DNA of 64,000 bases from an uncultured Pseudomonadota bacterium (GCA_903868595.1 CAIPVV010000002.1:859-64858), one strand, 5' to 3'. Positions 1 through 8,714 are shown, counted from the first letter of the stretch. Made by a program: numbers and translations. The notes: generated by a model from the sequence alone, not told the origin.

Positions 1-141
1 AACGTGCCGGGCTGGGGGCTCCACGCTCTGAAAGGCCAATTGGCCAATCACTGGAGTGTGAGCGTCAACGGCAATTGGCGTCTGACTTTTTCCTTCGAGA
101 ACGGCGACGCAGTTCTTGTCGATTACCAGGATTACCACTGA
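1..141 (+). CDS. higB: HigB-like (RelE/ParE superfamily) toxin, 3' fragment; 5' end is outside the window
   Basis: Frame +1 is open from base 1 to TGA 139-141. The tail LKGQLANHWSVSVNGNWRLTFSFENGDAVLVDYQDYH resembles the C-terminus of HigB / plasmid-maintenance killer proteins. An HTH antitoxin gene follows 10 nt later, which is the toxin-first higBA order. Confidence 0.75.
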   Translation, partial: NVPGWGLHALKGQLANHWSVSVNGNWRLTFSFENGDAVLVDYQDYH

Positions 142-151
142 GGAATTTGCA

Positions 152-457
152 ATGCGCATGTTCGATCCACCGCATCCTGGCGAGACCCTCCGAGAGGATG
201 TTTTGCCGGCATTGGGTTTGACCGTAAGGGCCGCCGCGCTTGCATTGGGGGTTGACCGGACGACGCTGTCAAAGGTGCTGAATGGCCGGGCGGGCATCAG
301 TCCGATGATGGCGCTTCGGATCGAGCAGTGGCTGGGAGTTGAGCGCGGTGGTTCCGCCGAGCGCTGGCTATCGCAGCAACTGGCTTACGACCTCTGGCAG
401 GCTCGGGATGAAGCAAAGCGTGGCAAGGTACTGCGCAAGATTCGCGCGGCGGGCTGA
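152..457 (+). CDS. higA: HigA-family antitoxin, XRE-type helix-turn-helix protein
   Basis: Track ORF 116-457. ATG at 152 is preferred because of the AGGA about 8 nt upstream. MFDPPHPGETLREDVLP...AAALALGVDRTTLSKVLNGRAGISPMMALRIEQW is the classic HigA/VapI HTH region. Confidence 0.8.
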   Translation: MRMFDPPHPGETLREDVLPALGLTVRAAALALGVDRTTLSKVLNGRAGISPMMALRIEQWLGVERGGSAERWLSQQLAYDLWQARDEAKRGKVLRKIRAAG

Positions 458-572
458 TTTCGTCGCAACGACTGCCGCGCCTTCGGGAATTCCAAGCCGG
501 TGCATCCAGCAATCAGGTCTGCGCCTGACCGCTGCCAGTATTGTTGGCAACTAACTGAAAAGTGAGTGGACT

Positions 573-647
573 TGGTGGGCGGTACAGGGATTGAACCTGT
601 GACCCCTGCCGTGTGAAAGCAGTGCTCTACCGCTGAGCTAACCGCCC
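573..647 (-). tRNA. tRNA-Val (anticodon CAC)
   Basis: The reverse complement reads GGGCGGT TA GCTC AGCGGTA GAGC A CTGCT TTCACAC GGCAG GGGTC ACAGG TTCAATC CCTGT ACCGCCC ACCA. This gives a full cloverleaf with a 7-bp acceptor stem, encoded CCA and anticodon loop TT-CAC-AC. Confidence 0.9.
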
Positions 648-689
648 GCCGTGCACCGGCCCTGGGGGCCGGAGATTTGCGAGGCGCGA

Positions 690-718
690 AGTCTACTGGG
701 GCGGCCGCGCTGACGCAA
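690..718 (-). promoter_or_regulatory. possible sigma70-type promoter for tRNA-Val
   Basis: On the minus strand: TTGCGT (718-713), a 17-nt spacer, then TAGACT (695-690), about 40 nt upstream of the tRNA 5' end. This is a sequence match only. Confidence 0.35.
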
Positions 719-935
719 TTGTGTCGGCTCGGCCCCCTGGAATTGGTGCCGCCGGTGACGGGACCTATCCCGCTGCGCGGGGCGGAGTCCTGCTGGCCCT
801 GGGCCTGCCTGGACTCCCCCTGTGCGCCGCACCGGCTGCGAGAGGCAGGGTGGACGGTGCGTGTGACGGGCGTGTGTACGGGTGTCACTTTTGCGGGCCT
901 CAGGGGGGCTCCAAACCGGCTAAAATCTTAAAATC

Positions 936-2330
936 ATGACGATCGTCACACGTTTTGCCCCCAGTCCCACCGGTCTTCTGCACATCGGTGGCGTGCGTAC
1001 CGCGCTGTTCTCCTGGCTCCATGCCCGCCGCCACGGCGGCAAGTTCATCCTGCGGGTCGAGGATACCGACCGCGAGCGTTCTACCGAGGAGGCCGTACGG
1101 GTCATCCTGGATGGGATGCGCTGGCTGGGCCTGAACGAGGACGAGGGTCCCTACTACCAGACGCAGCGCTATCCGCGGTACCACGAGGTCATCCAGCAGC
1201 TCCTGGATGCGGGCAAGGCCTACCATTGCTATTGCTCCAAGGAGGAGCTTGACGCGATGCGCGAGGCGCAGCTGGCGCGCAAGGAGAAGCCGCGCTACGA
1301 CGGTCGGTGGCGTGATAGCACCGCGACGCCGCCTGCCGGTGTCACGCCGGTCATCCGCTTCAAGAATCCCACGGCCGGGGAGGTCGTGGTCGACGACCTC
1401 GTGCACGGCCGCACCGTGTTCGCCAATAGCGAGATGGATGACCTGATCATCCAGCGCTCGGATGGCAACCCGACCTACAACTTCTGCGTCGTGGTGGACG
1501 ACATGGACATGGGGGTTACCCACGTGATCCGCGGTGACGACCACCTGAACAACACCCCGCGGCAGATCAATATGCTGCGGGCACTGGGGGTTGCGCCGCC
1601 GGTTTACGCCCACGTGCCGATGATCCTGGGTGCCGATGGTGCCAAGCTCTCCAAGCGCCATGGCGCGGTGAGCGTGCTGCAGTACCAGGAGGAGGGCTAC
1701 CTGCCGGATGCGCTCCTCAATTACCTGGTTCGCCTGGGCTGGTCGCACGGGGACCAGGAGTTCTTCACGCGCGAGGAGATGATCGCGGCGTTCGACATCA
1801 AGGATGTCAACAAGTCGGCCTCGGCCTTCAACGCGGAGAAGCTGCTGTGGCTGAACCAGCAGCACATCATGAAGGCGCCACTGGCCACGCTGGTGGCGGC
1901 GCTCCGGGCGCAGCTGGCCATTCAGGGCGTGGAGAGCAACGATCAGGCCCTGCTGGAGGGCGTGGTGGAGGCGCAGCGCGAGCGCGCCAGGACAATGAAG
2001 GAGATGGCTGCCGCCAGTCTCTTCTTCTTCCGCGATCCCGTAGCCGACGAAAAAGCCGTTGCCAAGCACCTGACGCCAGAGGCGCTTGCGCTGCTGGGCG
2101 ATCTGCGCATGGCCCTGGAGTCGCTGGCGGACTGGTCGGCGCCCGCGGTCCACGCGCTCCTGAATGGCTTTGCGACGGCGCGCACCCTGGGGTTGGGCAA
2201 GGTGGCCCAGCCGCTGCGCGTGGCCCTCTGCGGTGGCACGGTGTCCCCGCCTATCGATGCGACCGTTGCCTTGCTGGGACGCTCACAGGTGCTCGCGCGG
2301 CTCGACCGCGTCTTGAACAAGGCAACTTAA
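936..2330 (+). CDS. gltX: glutamate--tRNA ligase
   Basis: 464 aa. Contains RFAPSPTGLLHIGGVRTALF (HIGH motif), the class I catalytic core and KLSKRHG (KMSKS motif). Confidence 0.97.
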   Translation: MTIVTRFAPSPTGLLHIGGVRTALFSWLHARRHGGKFILRVEDTDRERSTEEAVRVILDGMRWLGLNEDEGPYYQTQRYPRYHEVIQQLLDAGKAYHCYCSKEELDAMREAQLARKEKPRYDGRWRDSTATPPAGVTPVIRFKNPTAGEVVVDDLVHGRTVFANSEMDDLIIQRSDGNPTYNFCVVVDDMDMGVTHVIRGDDHLNNTPRQINMLRALGVAPPVYAHVPMILGADGAKLSKRHGAVSVLQYQEEGYLPDALLNYLVRLGWSHGDQEFFTREEMIAAFDIKDVNKSASAFNAEKLLWLNQQHIMKAPLATLVAALRAQLAIQGVESNDQALLEGVVEAQRERARTMKEMAAASLFFFRDPVADEKAVAKHLTPEALALLGDLRMALESLADWSAPAVHALLNGFATARTLGLGKVAQPLRVALCGGTVSPPIDATVALLGRSQVLARLDRVLNKAT

Positions 2331-2342
2331 GTTCCCATTTCC

Positions 2343-2371
2343 TTGACAGTTGCACGGGGGCCGCGTAATTT
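2343..2371 (+). promoter_or_regulatory. probable sigma70 promoter of tRNA-Ala
   Basis: Perfect -35 TTGACA (2343-2348), a 17-nt spacer, then -10 TAATTT (2366-2371), 17 nt before the tRNA 5' end. Confidence 0.45.
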
Positions 2372-2388
2372 CCCGGCCCTTCCACTGT

Positions 2389-2464
<76 letters not shown>

Positions 2465-2671
2465 TTCTCTAAATCCTTGAAAAATAAGCGGCAATGCGGG
2501 ACCCACTCGCATCGGCTGTGGCGCCGCAATCGTGGGGTTCTGGACTCTTTCATGAACCCACCGCCGTGGGTGTGCGGGGAGCTGAAACGAGGTGTCCGCG
2601 GCCGTCGGCCCGGGCTTGGCCGGTAGGGACCAATTGCGCGATTGGCGGACAGCCCCTTGTCCTGAGCGCTC

Positions 2672-3440
2672 TTAGGGCTGCGAATCGATCAGTTTTCCGT
2701 CAACGCTGGAAATGCGATCGTTTGCGCAGTCCCAGGGAATCATGCGATCCAGATTTGCAATTCGGCTGTACGTGATTGTCATTTGCCATGGCCGCACGAA
2801 TCGCAGCGGATCAGTGATGGTCAGCTGATCTTCCAGCACGTCACGTCCTATCCTGCGCACTCGTTCGACGAAATGCGCCGCTTCACTAAGGTCTGCGCCG
2901 CGGCCAAGAAATACGGGACCCGCTGTTCTGCCGATGGTATCGATCACCAGCGTTTGCTTTTCCCAATGACCAATCGAATCGCCTACAGGAGTCGGCCACA
3001 TGTCATCACTGCTGGGGTGTGGGCGACCGTCCGTGTAGATGTGCCGCACCAGTCCCCGATCGAAAACAAATAAGGTTTCCTCCGGTTGAATCGCGACCTG
3101 AAACATGGTCGCGGCCTCAAGCGCGTACGGAAATCCATCGGTACAAGTGCTTGGCGCCACAGGATTGCCCGCCGCAACTTGTGAACGGCGCTCCAACTCT
3201 GCGTTGTATGGGGGGGTGTTCTAGCAAGCGCACATGATTGAGTACCTCCGCAAAGCCTGCGTCACCGCCGTCGGCCTTCCCGGATGGAGTGCTGGCGGAC
3301 TTGAGCCATTGCGATTGGCACAAGCCCGTCCAGTCCGGTAGAGCTGCGAATGCCTTAACGCGCTGCGCTGCATTTGGGTAAGCAATACACTGCGTCGCGC
3401 CAATTAGCAGCAGTGCGCAAAGAAGATGCCGCCCCTTCAT
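2672..3440 (-). pseudogene. exported protein of unknown function, reading frame broken by 1 nt inside a G7/C7 run (true frameshift or homopolymer sequencing error)
   Basis: The 5' part lies in the frame of track ORF 3117-3680. It starts at ATG 3440 with MKGRHLLCALLLIGATQCIA, a signal peptide. The 3' part is track ORF 2672-3196 (STCTDGFPYALEAATMFQVAIQPEETLFVFDRG...DSIGHWEKQTLVIDTIG...). Removing one G from the run at 3210-3216 joins them into one 255-codon ORF. The ATG overlaps the DUF6152 stop as ATGA. Confidence 0.6.
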
Positions 3441-3817
3441 GGCTTCGGCCTTGCGCCAATGGGCGTGCCATCGCTTCCAGTCGCGGCGACATATAGACCT
3501 AAGGCCGATCCATCTCGCTCCGGATGAATGATCACCGTTACCACTTGCCCAGGCTTGAGCGAGGAGGGGCGCCAGCCGCTCAGGTACAGCTGACTCGGAG
3601 ATCCCATCTCGACGCTCCACTCCTTTGCCTCGCCGTTGCCTAAGACCATCAACTGAATCCAGCAATGCGGATTGGTCCACTGGAAGGCCTTTACGGTGCC
3701 CCGTAGCGTCAAGGCTTGCTGGGAGTCAAACATTGCTGCCGAGTGATGCGCCGAAGCGGCTGCGCAGGTGATCGCCAAGGCAGGCGCGAGGATCTTGGCG
3801 GTGAGTCGGCTCGTCAT
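3437..3817 (-). CDS. DUF6152-like small secreted protein
   Basis: Start taken at MTSRLTAKILAPALAITCAAASA (signal peptide) within track ORF 3437-3958. The mature part begins HHSAAMFDSQQALTLRGTVKAFQWTNPHCWIQL, the pattern I associate with DUF6152. Confidence 0.7.
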   Translation of the reverse strand: MTSRLTAKILAPALAITCAAASAHHSAAMFDSQQALTLRGTVKAFQWTNPHCWIQLMVLGNGEAKEWSVEMGSPSQLYLSGWRPSSLKPGQVVTVIIHPERDGSALGLYVAATGSDGTPIGARPKP

Positions 3818-3890
3818 GAATGCCTGCCTCGGCTCAGGTGTGGGATGCATGCCGGATTTTTCTTTGATCCCAAGTGTGGCTTGTGCTTCG

Positions 3891-4193
3891 TCACTTCGCG
3901 GCGGCTGGCCGTGTCTTGAGCTCCACCTGAATGACTTCAAATGCCTTGTCACCGGCATTCTCCGGCAGGTGAGTCGTCGCCGCTGACCACGCTACCGTAC
4001 CGGCCTTTTGCGCCACATCCTGCATCTTGCCGTCGGAGCCCGTCATTTTTCCCTGTAGATCGGTCATGTACACGACTACACCCGCCGGGTGCGAGTGCGT
4101 CACGGACTTCTCGTGCGGTCCGTAAGTAATGCGCAGGACCCGGACTTGGTCGTTTTCGAGCACGACTTTGTAGTGTTTGGGGTCTGCCTTCAC
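3891..4193 (-). CDS. small cupin-like protein
   Basis: 100 aa. MKADPKHYKVVLENDQVRVLRITYGPHEKSVTHSHPAGVVVYM has a single-barrel cupin-like pattern. It lies on the same strand, 73 nt upstream of the DUF6152 gene. Confidence 0.55.
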   Translation of the reverse strand: MKADPKHYKVVLENDQVRVLRITYGPHEKSVTHSHPAGVVVYMTDLQGKMTGSDGKMQDVAQKAGTVAWSAATTHLPENAGDKAFEVIQVELKTRPAAAK

Positions 4194-4425
4194 GGCATCC
4201 TGTGTGGGTGAGTATCTGGCTGGTGCATGCGCCAGTGCCGATTGCGCGGCACTCGATGCGGCGCCAGCGTTTGCGTATCCCGGCGGGCGTGCTCGCCTTG
4301 CGGCGCTTTCAAATCTGATATTCCTGCCGCCATCCAGCCCCGCGGCAGGCTAACCGGTGGCGACAGTAAGTCGGTCACGCGGAACGAGGCAATACCGGGG
4401 CGGGTTTCTGATTCAGGACACTGCT

Positions 4426-5073
4426 ATGAATGAGAAGTCTTCCGTGACCGACCCGCCTGCCAACCCTTCCGGGGAGGTCAAGGTACTTGCCGAAGCCCGC
4501 GAGCGATTCAAGGCGGCAAAACAGCAACTCAAGCACGCCAAGGCGCAGGTGAAGCTGGCGCGCGATGCCGTCAAGGCCGCCAAGCGGGATCGCAAGCAGG
4601 CCGAGAAGGCCGCAGGCCTTGGCCAGGCGAAGTCGCCGAGCCGTACGTCGACGAAGAAAGCCGCCGCGGCGCGCCAGAAAACCCCTGTCCCAAAGGGGGT
4701 GCCCAAGAAGGCCCAGAAGGCCAGGACGCCGGCACCGGCTCCGGCAGCACAGCAGGCGGGCAGTCGGGCTGCTGCCAAGCGTGCGGTAGCAAAAGTCGTG
4801 AAGCCGGCAGCGCCTCGCAAGCCCGCCCGGGCAAAGTCCGCGCCTCGTCGGCCGCCCCGGGTTACGGCGACGCGGCGTGCCAAGCGGCCGACAGCACAGT
4901 CAGTGCCTGTGGAGAAGGGGCTGAGCACGCTGCAGGCGTCGCCCCCACGCCGACCGCGTCGCCCCAAGGGCAAGGGTCCATCACAGGCCTCGCCCGCGCC
5001 CCTGCAGCCAATTGAAGCACCGCCGACCGCCGGCCCCGCCGAGATGCCGCCGCCGCCGAGGGAGTCCACCTAG
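4426..5073 (+). CDS. Lys/Ala/Pro-rich basic low-complexity protein (histone H1-like / AlgP-like)
   Basis: ATG at 4426 inside track ORF 4357-5073. It has a coiled N-terminus (EARERFKAAKQQLKHAKAQVKLARDAVKAAKRDRKQAEKAA) followed by a KKAAAARQK...PKKAQKARTPAPAPAA tail. The function call rests on composition only. Confidence 0.55.
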   Translation: MNEKSSVTDPPANPSGEVKVLAEARERFKAAKQQLKHAKAQVKLARDAVKAAKRDRKQAEKAAGLGQAKSPSRTSTKKAAAARQKTPVPKGVPKKAQKARTPAPAPAAQQAGSRAAAKRAVAKVVKPAAPRKPARAKSAPRRPPRVTATRRAKRPTAQSVPVEKGLSTLQASPPRRPRRPKGKGPSQASPAPLQPIEAPPTAGPAEMPPPPREST

Positions 5074-5271
5074 GGATCGGCGTGGTAGGCCGGGCGCCGT
5101 CCTGGGTGCGGCCGTCCCGCGCTGCGCGATCCGCCCGGCCGTAGGGGCCGGGTGGGTGGATGGAAGCCCAACTGATCTCCTGGCGGGCCTGCTGCGGTAA
5201 AGTGGCGACAACAAGAGCGAACGCGCCCGGCCGCACTCGCGCGATGGCGGTAGGACAACGATCAGGGGGGG

Positions 5272-6228
5272 TTGATGCGACGCATTGCCGTATCCATGGC
5301 GGCCTGTGGCTTGGCGCTGGCCGCGGCCGACGTGCCCCGTGCCCGGGCCGACAGCCTGCCGGCGCCCGTCACCTGCGAGCGCGCCTGCCTGTACGGCGTC
5401 CTCGATGGCTACCTGGCGGCGCTCCAGGCGCATGATCCTTCCCGGGTGCGCTGGACGCCCCGACCGACGGTCACCGAGAACAATGTCGAGCTGCGCGCGG
5501 GCGATGGCCTCTGGGGCACGATTTCAGGTCTCGATGCGTACGAGCTGCGCTTCGCCGATCCCCAGGCACGGCAGGTCGTGGCCTTCGGCGTCGTCGAGGA
5601 GACGACTACCAAGTCGCCGTATGCGCTGCGCCTGAAGGTGGAGAACGGGGCCGTCAGCGAGGCGGAGCTGCTGGTCGTCCGGCCGCAGGATGCGGGTATC
5701 CCCTTCGTCAATGCCGAGATGGCGAGCCGGCCCGAGTTCAACGAGCTGCTGCCGAAGGCGCAGCGGACCTCGCGCGAGCAGATGATCGCCGCAGCCAATG
5801 GCTATTTCGACACCCTGCAGCTCAATGATGGCACCCTGCACGTGGCCTTCACGGAGGACTGCAATCGGCGCGAGGACGGTACCCAGTCCACGAACACCGT
5901 GCAGGCGATCCTGGACCCGATCTCCAAGTTCGGTTGCGCTGACCAGTTCCGCCTGGGCCAGTATCGCTACGATGACCGGCTGCGCGACCGGCGCTTCCTC
6001 GCGGTGGATGAGGAGCGGGGCATCGTGCTGGCCGGTGGCTTCATCGATCACGAGGGCCGCGTGGGTGATTTCAAGTTGAAGGACGGCACGACCAAGACCT
6101 CCATGTTCCGGCGGCCGCATTCCTTCGTGCTGCTGGAAGCCTTCAAGATCCAGGGCGGGAAGATCCAGGGCGTGGAGGCGGTGTTCCACACCGTGCCCTA
6201 CAACATGCCCTCGCCGTGGGTGAAGTAG
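5272..6228 (+). CDS. exported protein of unknown function, possibly a double NTF2/SnoaL-like fold
   Basis: 318 aa with signal peptide MMRRIAVSMAACGLALAAADVP. Segments CLYGVLDGYLAALQAHDPSRV and REQMIAAANGYFDTLQLNDG look like the first helices of NTF2-like domains. The start could be TTG 5272 or ATG 5275. Confidence 0.6.
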   Translation: MMRRIAVSMAACGLALAAADVPRARADSLPAPVTCERACLYGVLDGYLAALQAHDPSRVRWTPRPTVTENNVELRAGDGLWGTISGLDAYELRFADPQARQVVAFGVVEETTTKSPYALRLKVENGAVSEAELLVVRPQDAGIPFVNAEMASRPEFNELLPKAQRTSREQMIAAANGYFDTLQLNDGTLHVAFTEDCNRREDGTQSTNTVQAILDPISKFGCADQFRLGQYRYDDRLRDRRFLAVDEERGIVLAGGFIDHEGRVGDFKLKDGTTKTSMFRRPHSFVLLEAFKIQGGKIQGVEAVFHTVPYNMPSPWVK

Positions 6229-6315
6229 GCGCCGCCCGGGGCGCGCCGTTACGTGAGGTGGCCCTGCGGGCGGTGGCGATACCGTTGAGGGGTTGCCCCG
6301 TGGGCGTCGAACCAG

Positions 6316-8559
6316 GTGAGGAGCGGGGGAGGGGAAATGGCTACACGCGGTGACCGCCCGATGTCCGGGCTTGGCGCAGGGACAGGGGTGGTGGGGGTTG
6401 CCGCGGTCCTGACCTGCGGCGCGCTCCTGTGGGGCCTGGGCCGTACGTCCCCGGCGTCCGCGGCGCGAGCCGCCGGGCAGGTGGATCTGCCCCGCCTGCT
6501 GGCCGTGGACAAGACTCCGGGTGAATGGCTTGCCAGCGGCCGCGATGCCGGCAAGACGCACTACTCCCCCCTCTCGCTGATGAACCGGGAGTCCATCGGT
6601 CGCCTCGGCTTCGCGTGGGAATTCAAGACCGGCACCAACCGTGGCATGCAGTCCACGCCCCTGGTCATCGACGGCGTGATGTACGTCTCCGGTGTCGCCG
6701 GGCGGGTGTACGCACTGGACGCGGCCACCGGCGCCCCCCGGTGGCAGTTCGAGCCGCAGGTGGACCTGAAGTCTGCGCGCAGCGCGTGCTGCGACCTTGT
6801 CAATCGCGGACTCGCGGTCTGGCAGGGCAGGGTGTATGTGGCGGCGTTCGACGGCGTTCTGTATGCACTGGATGCGCGGGACGGCCGGGTGCTGTGGCAC
6901 GCGGATACCATCACGGATCACAGCCGTGCCTATTCGGTGACCGGCGCGCCGCAGATCGCGGGGCAGGTCGTGGTCCTTGGCAACGGGGGTGCCGAATACG
7001 ACTCGCGCGGCTACGTCAGCGCGTATCGCCTGGACTCCGGCGCCTTGGCCTGGCGCTTCTACACCGTGCCGGGGGACCCCTCGAAGCCCCAGCAAAGCGC
7101 TGCGCTGGAGAGGGCGGTCAAGACCTGGCACGGCACCGACTGGTGGCAGCGCGGTGGCGGGGGCAACGCCTGGGATGCCTTCAACTACGACCCCGAGCTG
7201 AACCTGGTGTACTTCGGGACGGCCAACGGGGCGCCGACCAATGCGGGCAAGCGATCGCCCGGCGGCGGCGACAACCTGTTCGTCGCGTCGATCCTCGCGC
7301 TCCATGCGGATACGGGCGCCTATGCCTGGCACTACCAGGAGACGCCTGGCGAGCGGTGGGACTACGACGCCACGCCGCACATCCTGCTGAGCACGCTGAA
7401 GGTCGCCGGTGAGGATCGCAAGGTCCTGATGCAGGCGTCGAAGAACGGGTTCTTCTATGTGCTTGACCGCAAGAGCGGCGAGTTGCTCGCGGCGGATCCC
7501 TTCGTGCAGACGACCTGGGCCAAGTCGGTGGACCTCAAGAGCGGGCGACCGCTGGAGGAGCCGGAGGCGGACTACCGCGATGGCCGGCCCCGGCTCATCT
7601 TCCCCTCCACCCTGGGCGGGCACAACTTCAACCCGATGTCGCTCAGCGCCCGCACGGGCCTGCTCTACATCCCGACCGTGCATGCCGGCATGGTGCTGCA
7701 GGACGTCCCGGCCCTGGCCGAGCGCCTGCCAGGCCGGTTTGAAACCGGCCTGCGGATGGCGCTCTCGGCGCAACTGCTCTCGCCGGCCTCGCTGCCGGAG
7801 CCGATGCGTGCGCTCGCTGACCCTCAGTGGCTCAAGACGCAGCCCGACGTCTCGATGGGGGCCTCGCTCAAGGCCTGGGATCCGGTGGCCCGGCGCGTCG
7901 TCTGGGAGTTCCAGAACAGCTCCTTCATGGACCACGGCGGCGTGCTCTCCACGGGCGGGGGCCTGGTGGTGCAGGGCGGGCTCGACGGCAAGCTGAAGGT
8001 GTTTAACGATGAGACCGGCGCGCTGCTCAAGGAGCTCGACGCAGGCACGGCGATGATCGCCGCGCCGATGACCTACAGCGTCGGCGGCGTGCAGTACCTG
8101 GCCATCACGGCGGGTTCGGGTGGCGGGGGCTGGAACGTGTGGACGCCAGAGAACGTGGCCTACACGAACGGCAACGACAATCGGGTGCTGGTGTTCAAGC
8201 TCGACGGCGGCGTGACGCCGCGTCCGCAGCCGCTGGCAGCAATCGGGCCGCTGCCCGAGCCGCCCGCACAGCGTGGCAGCGCGGCGGATATCCAGGCCGG
8301 CGCTGCGTTGTTCGCCGTCAATTGCAGCCATTGCCATGCCAATGCGCCGCGCAGCCCGGTTCCGGACCTGCGCCGTTCCGGTGTCCTGCGCGATGCGGTG
8401 GCGTTCCAGTCCGTGGTGCGGGGCGGCGCGCTGCAGGCGCGCGGGATGCCACGCTGGGACGACCTGCTGACGGCACCGGAGGTGACCCAGATCCACGCCT
8501 ACCTGGTGTCCGTGGCGCGAGCCGCTTACCCGGCGCAACGCCGCCCGGTCGCCAAGTAG
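6316..8559 (+). CDS. quinohemoprotein PQQ-dependent alcohol dehydrogenase (type II, C-terminal cytochrome c domain)
   Basis: 747 aa. It shows an eight-blade PQQ propeller signature (GKTHYSPL, STPLVIDGVMY, adjacent CC in SACCDLVNRG, WDYD) plus a C-terminal CSHCH haem-binding motif. The start is uncertain: GTG 6316, ATG 6337 or ATG 6361. Confidence 0.9.
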   Translation: MRSGGGEMATRGDRPMSGLGAGTGVVGVAAVLTCGALLWGLGRTSPASAARAAGQVDLPRLLAVDKTPGEWLASGRDAGKTHYSPLSLMNRESIGRLGFAWEFKTGTNRGMQSTPLVIDGVMYVSGVAGRVYALDAATGAPRWQFEPQVDLKSARSACCDLVNRGLAVWQGRVYVAAFDGVLYALDARDGRVLWHADTITDHSRAYSVTGAPQIAGQVVVLGNGGAEYDSRGYVSAYRLDSGALAWRFYTVPGDPSKPQQSAALERAVKTWHGTDWWQRGGGGNAWDAFNYDPELNLVYFGTANGAPTNAGKRSPGGGDNLFVASILALHADTGAYAWHYQETPGERWDYDATPHILLSTLKVAGEDRKVLMQASKNGFFYVLDRKSGELLAADPFVQTTWAKSVDLKSGRPLEEPEADYRDGRPRLIFPSTLGGHNFNPMSLSARTGLLYIPTVHAGMVLQDVPALAERLPGRFETGLRMALSAQLLSPASLPEPMRALADPQWLKTQPDVSMGASLKAWDPVARRVVWEFQNSSFMDHGGVLSTGGGLVVQGGLDGKLKVFNDETGALLKELDAGTAMIAAPMTYSVGGVQYLAITAGSGGGGWNVWTPENVAYTNGNDNRVLVFKLDGGVTPRPQPLAAIGPLPEPPAQRGSAADIQAGAALFAVNCSHCHANAPRSPVPDLRRSGVLRDAVAFQSVVRGGALQARGMPRWDDLLTAPEVTQIHAYLVSVARAAYPAQRRPVAK

Positions 8560-8714
8560 ACGTCGGCGGCTGCCGCGCGGGATGGGGCCTGCCGCACTTG
8601 CCGGCCGACGGGCGCCCTGGGGACACCGTCTCCTGGGATGTCCGGCAACCGTGTCACAGTGCGGCGGGTTGGTCTTTCGGGAACGGCGCGTGCTCGGATA
8701 GCCTCGCTGCGGCG

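Noticed and set aside
8139-8714. Upstream extensions of track ORFs: 8139 for the lipoprotein, 48384 for the oxygenase, 54217 for aacS, 35257 for panC, 38208 for tsaE, 42508 for miaA, 43505 for hfq and 33262 for folK
   Set aside because: The extensions overlap the preceding well-supported gene or lack family similarity. Internal starts give canonical N-termini, signal peptides or ATGA/GTGA coupling to the upstream stop.
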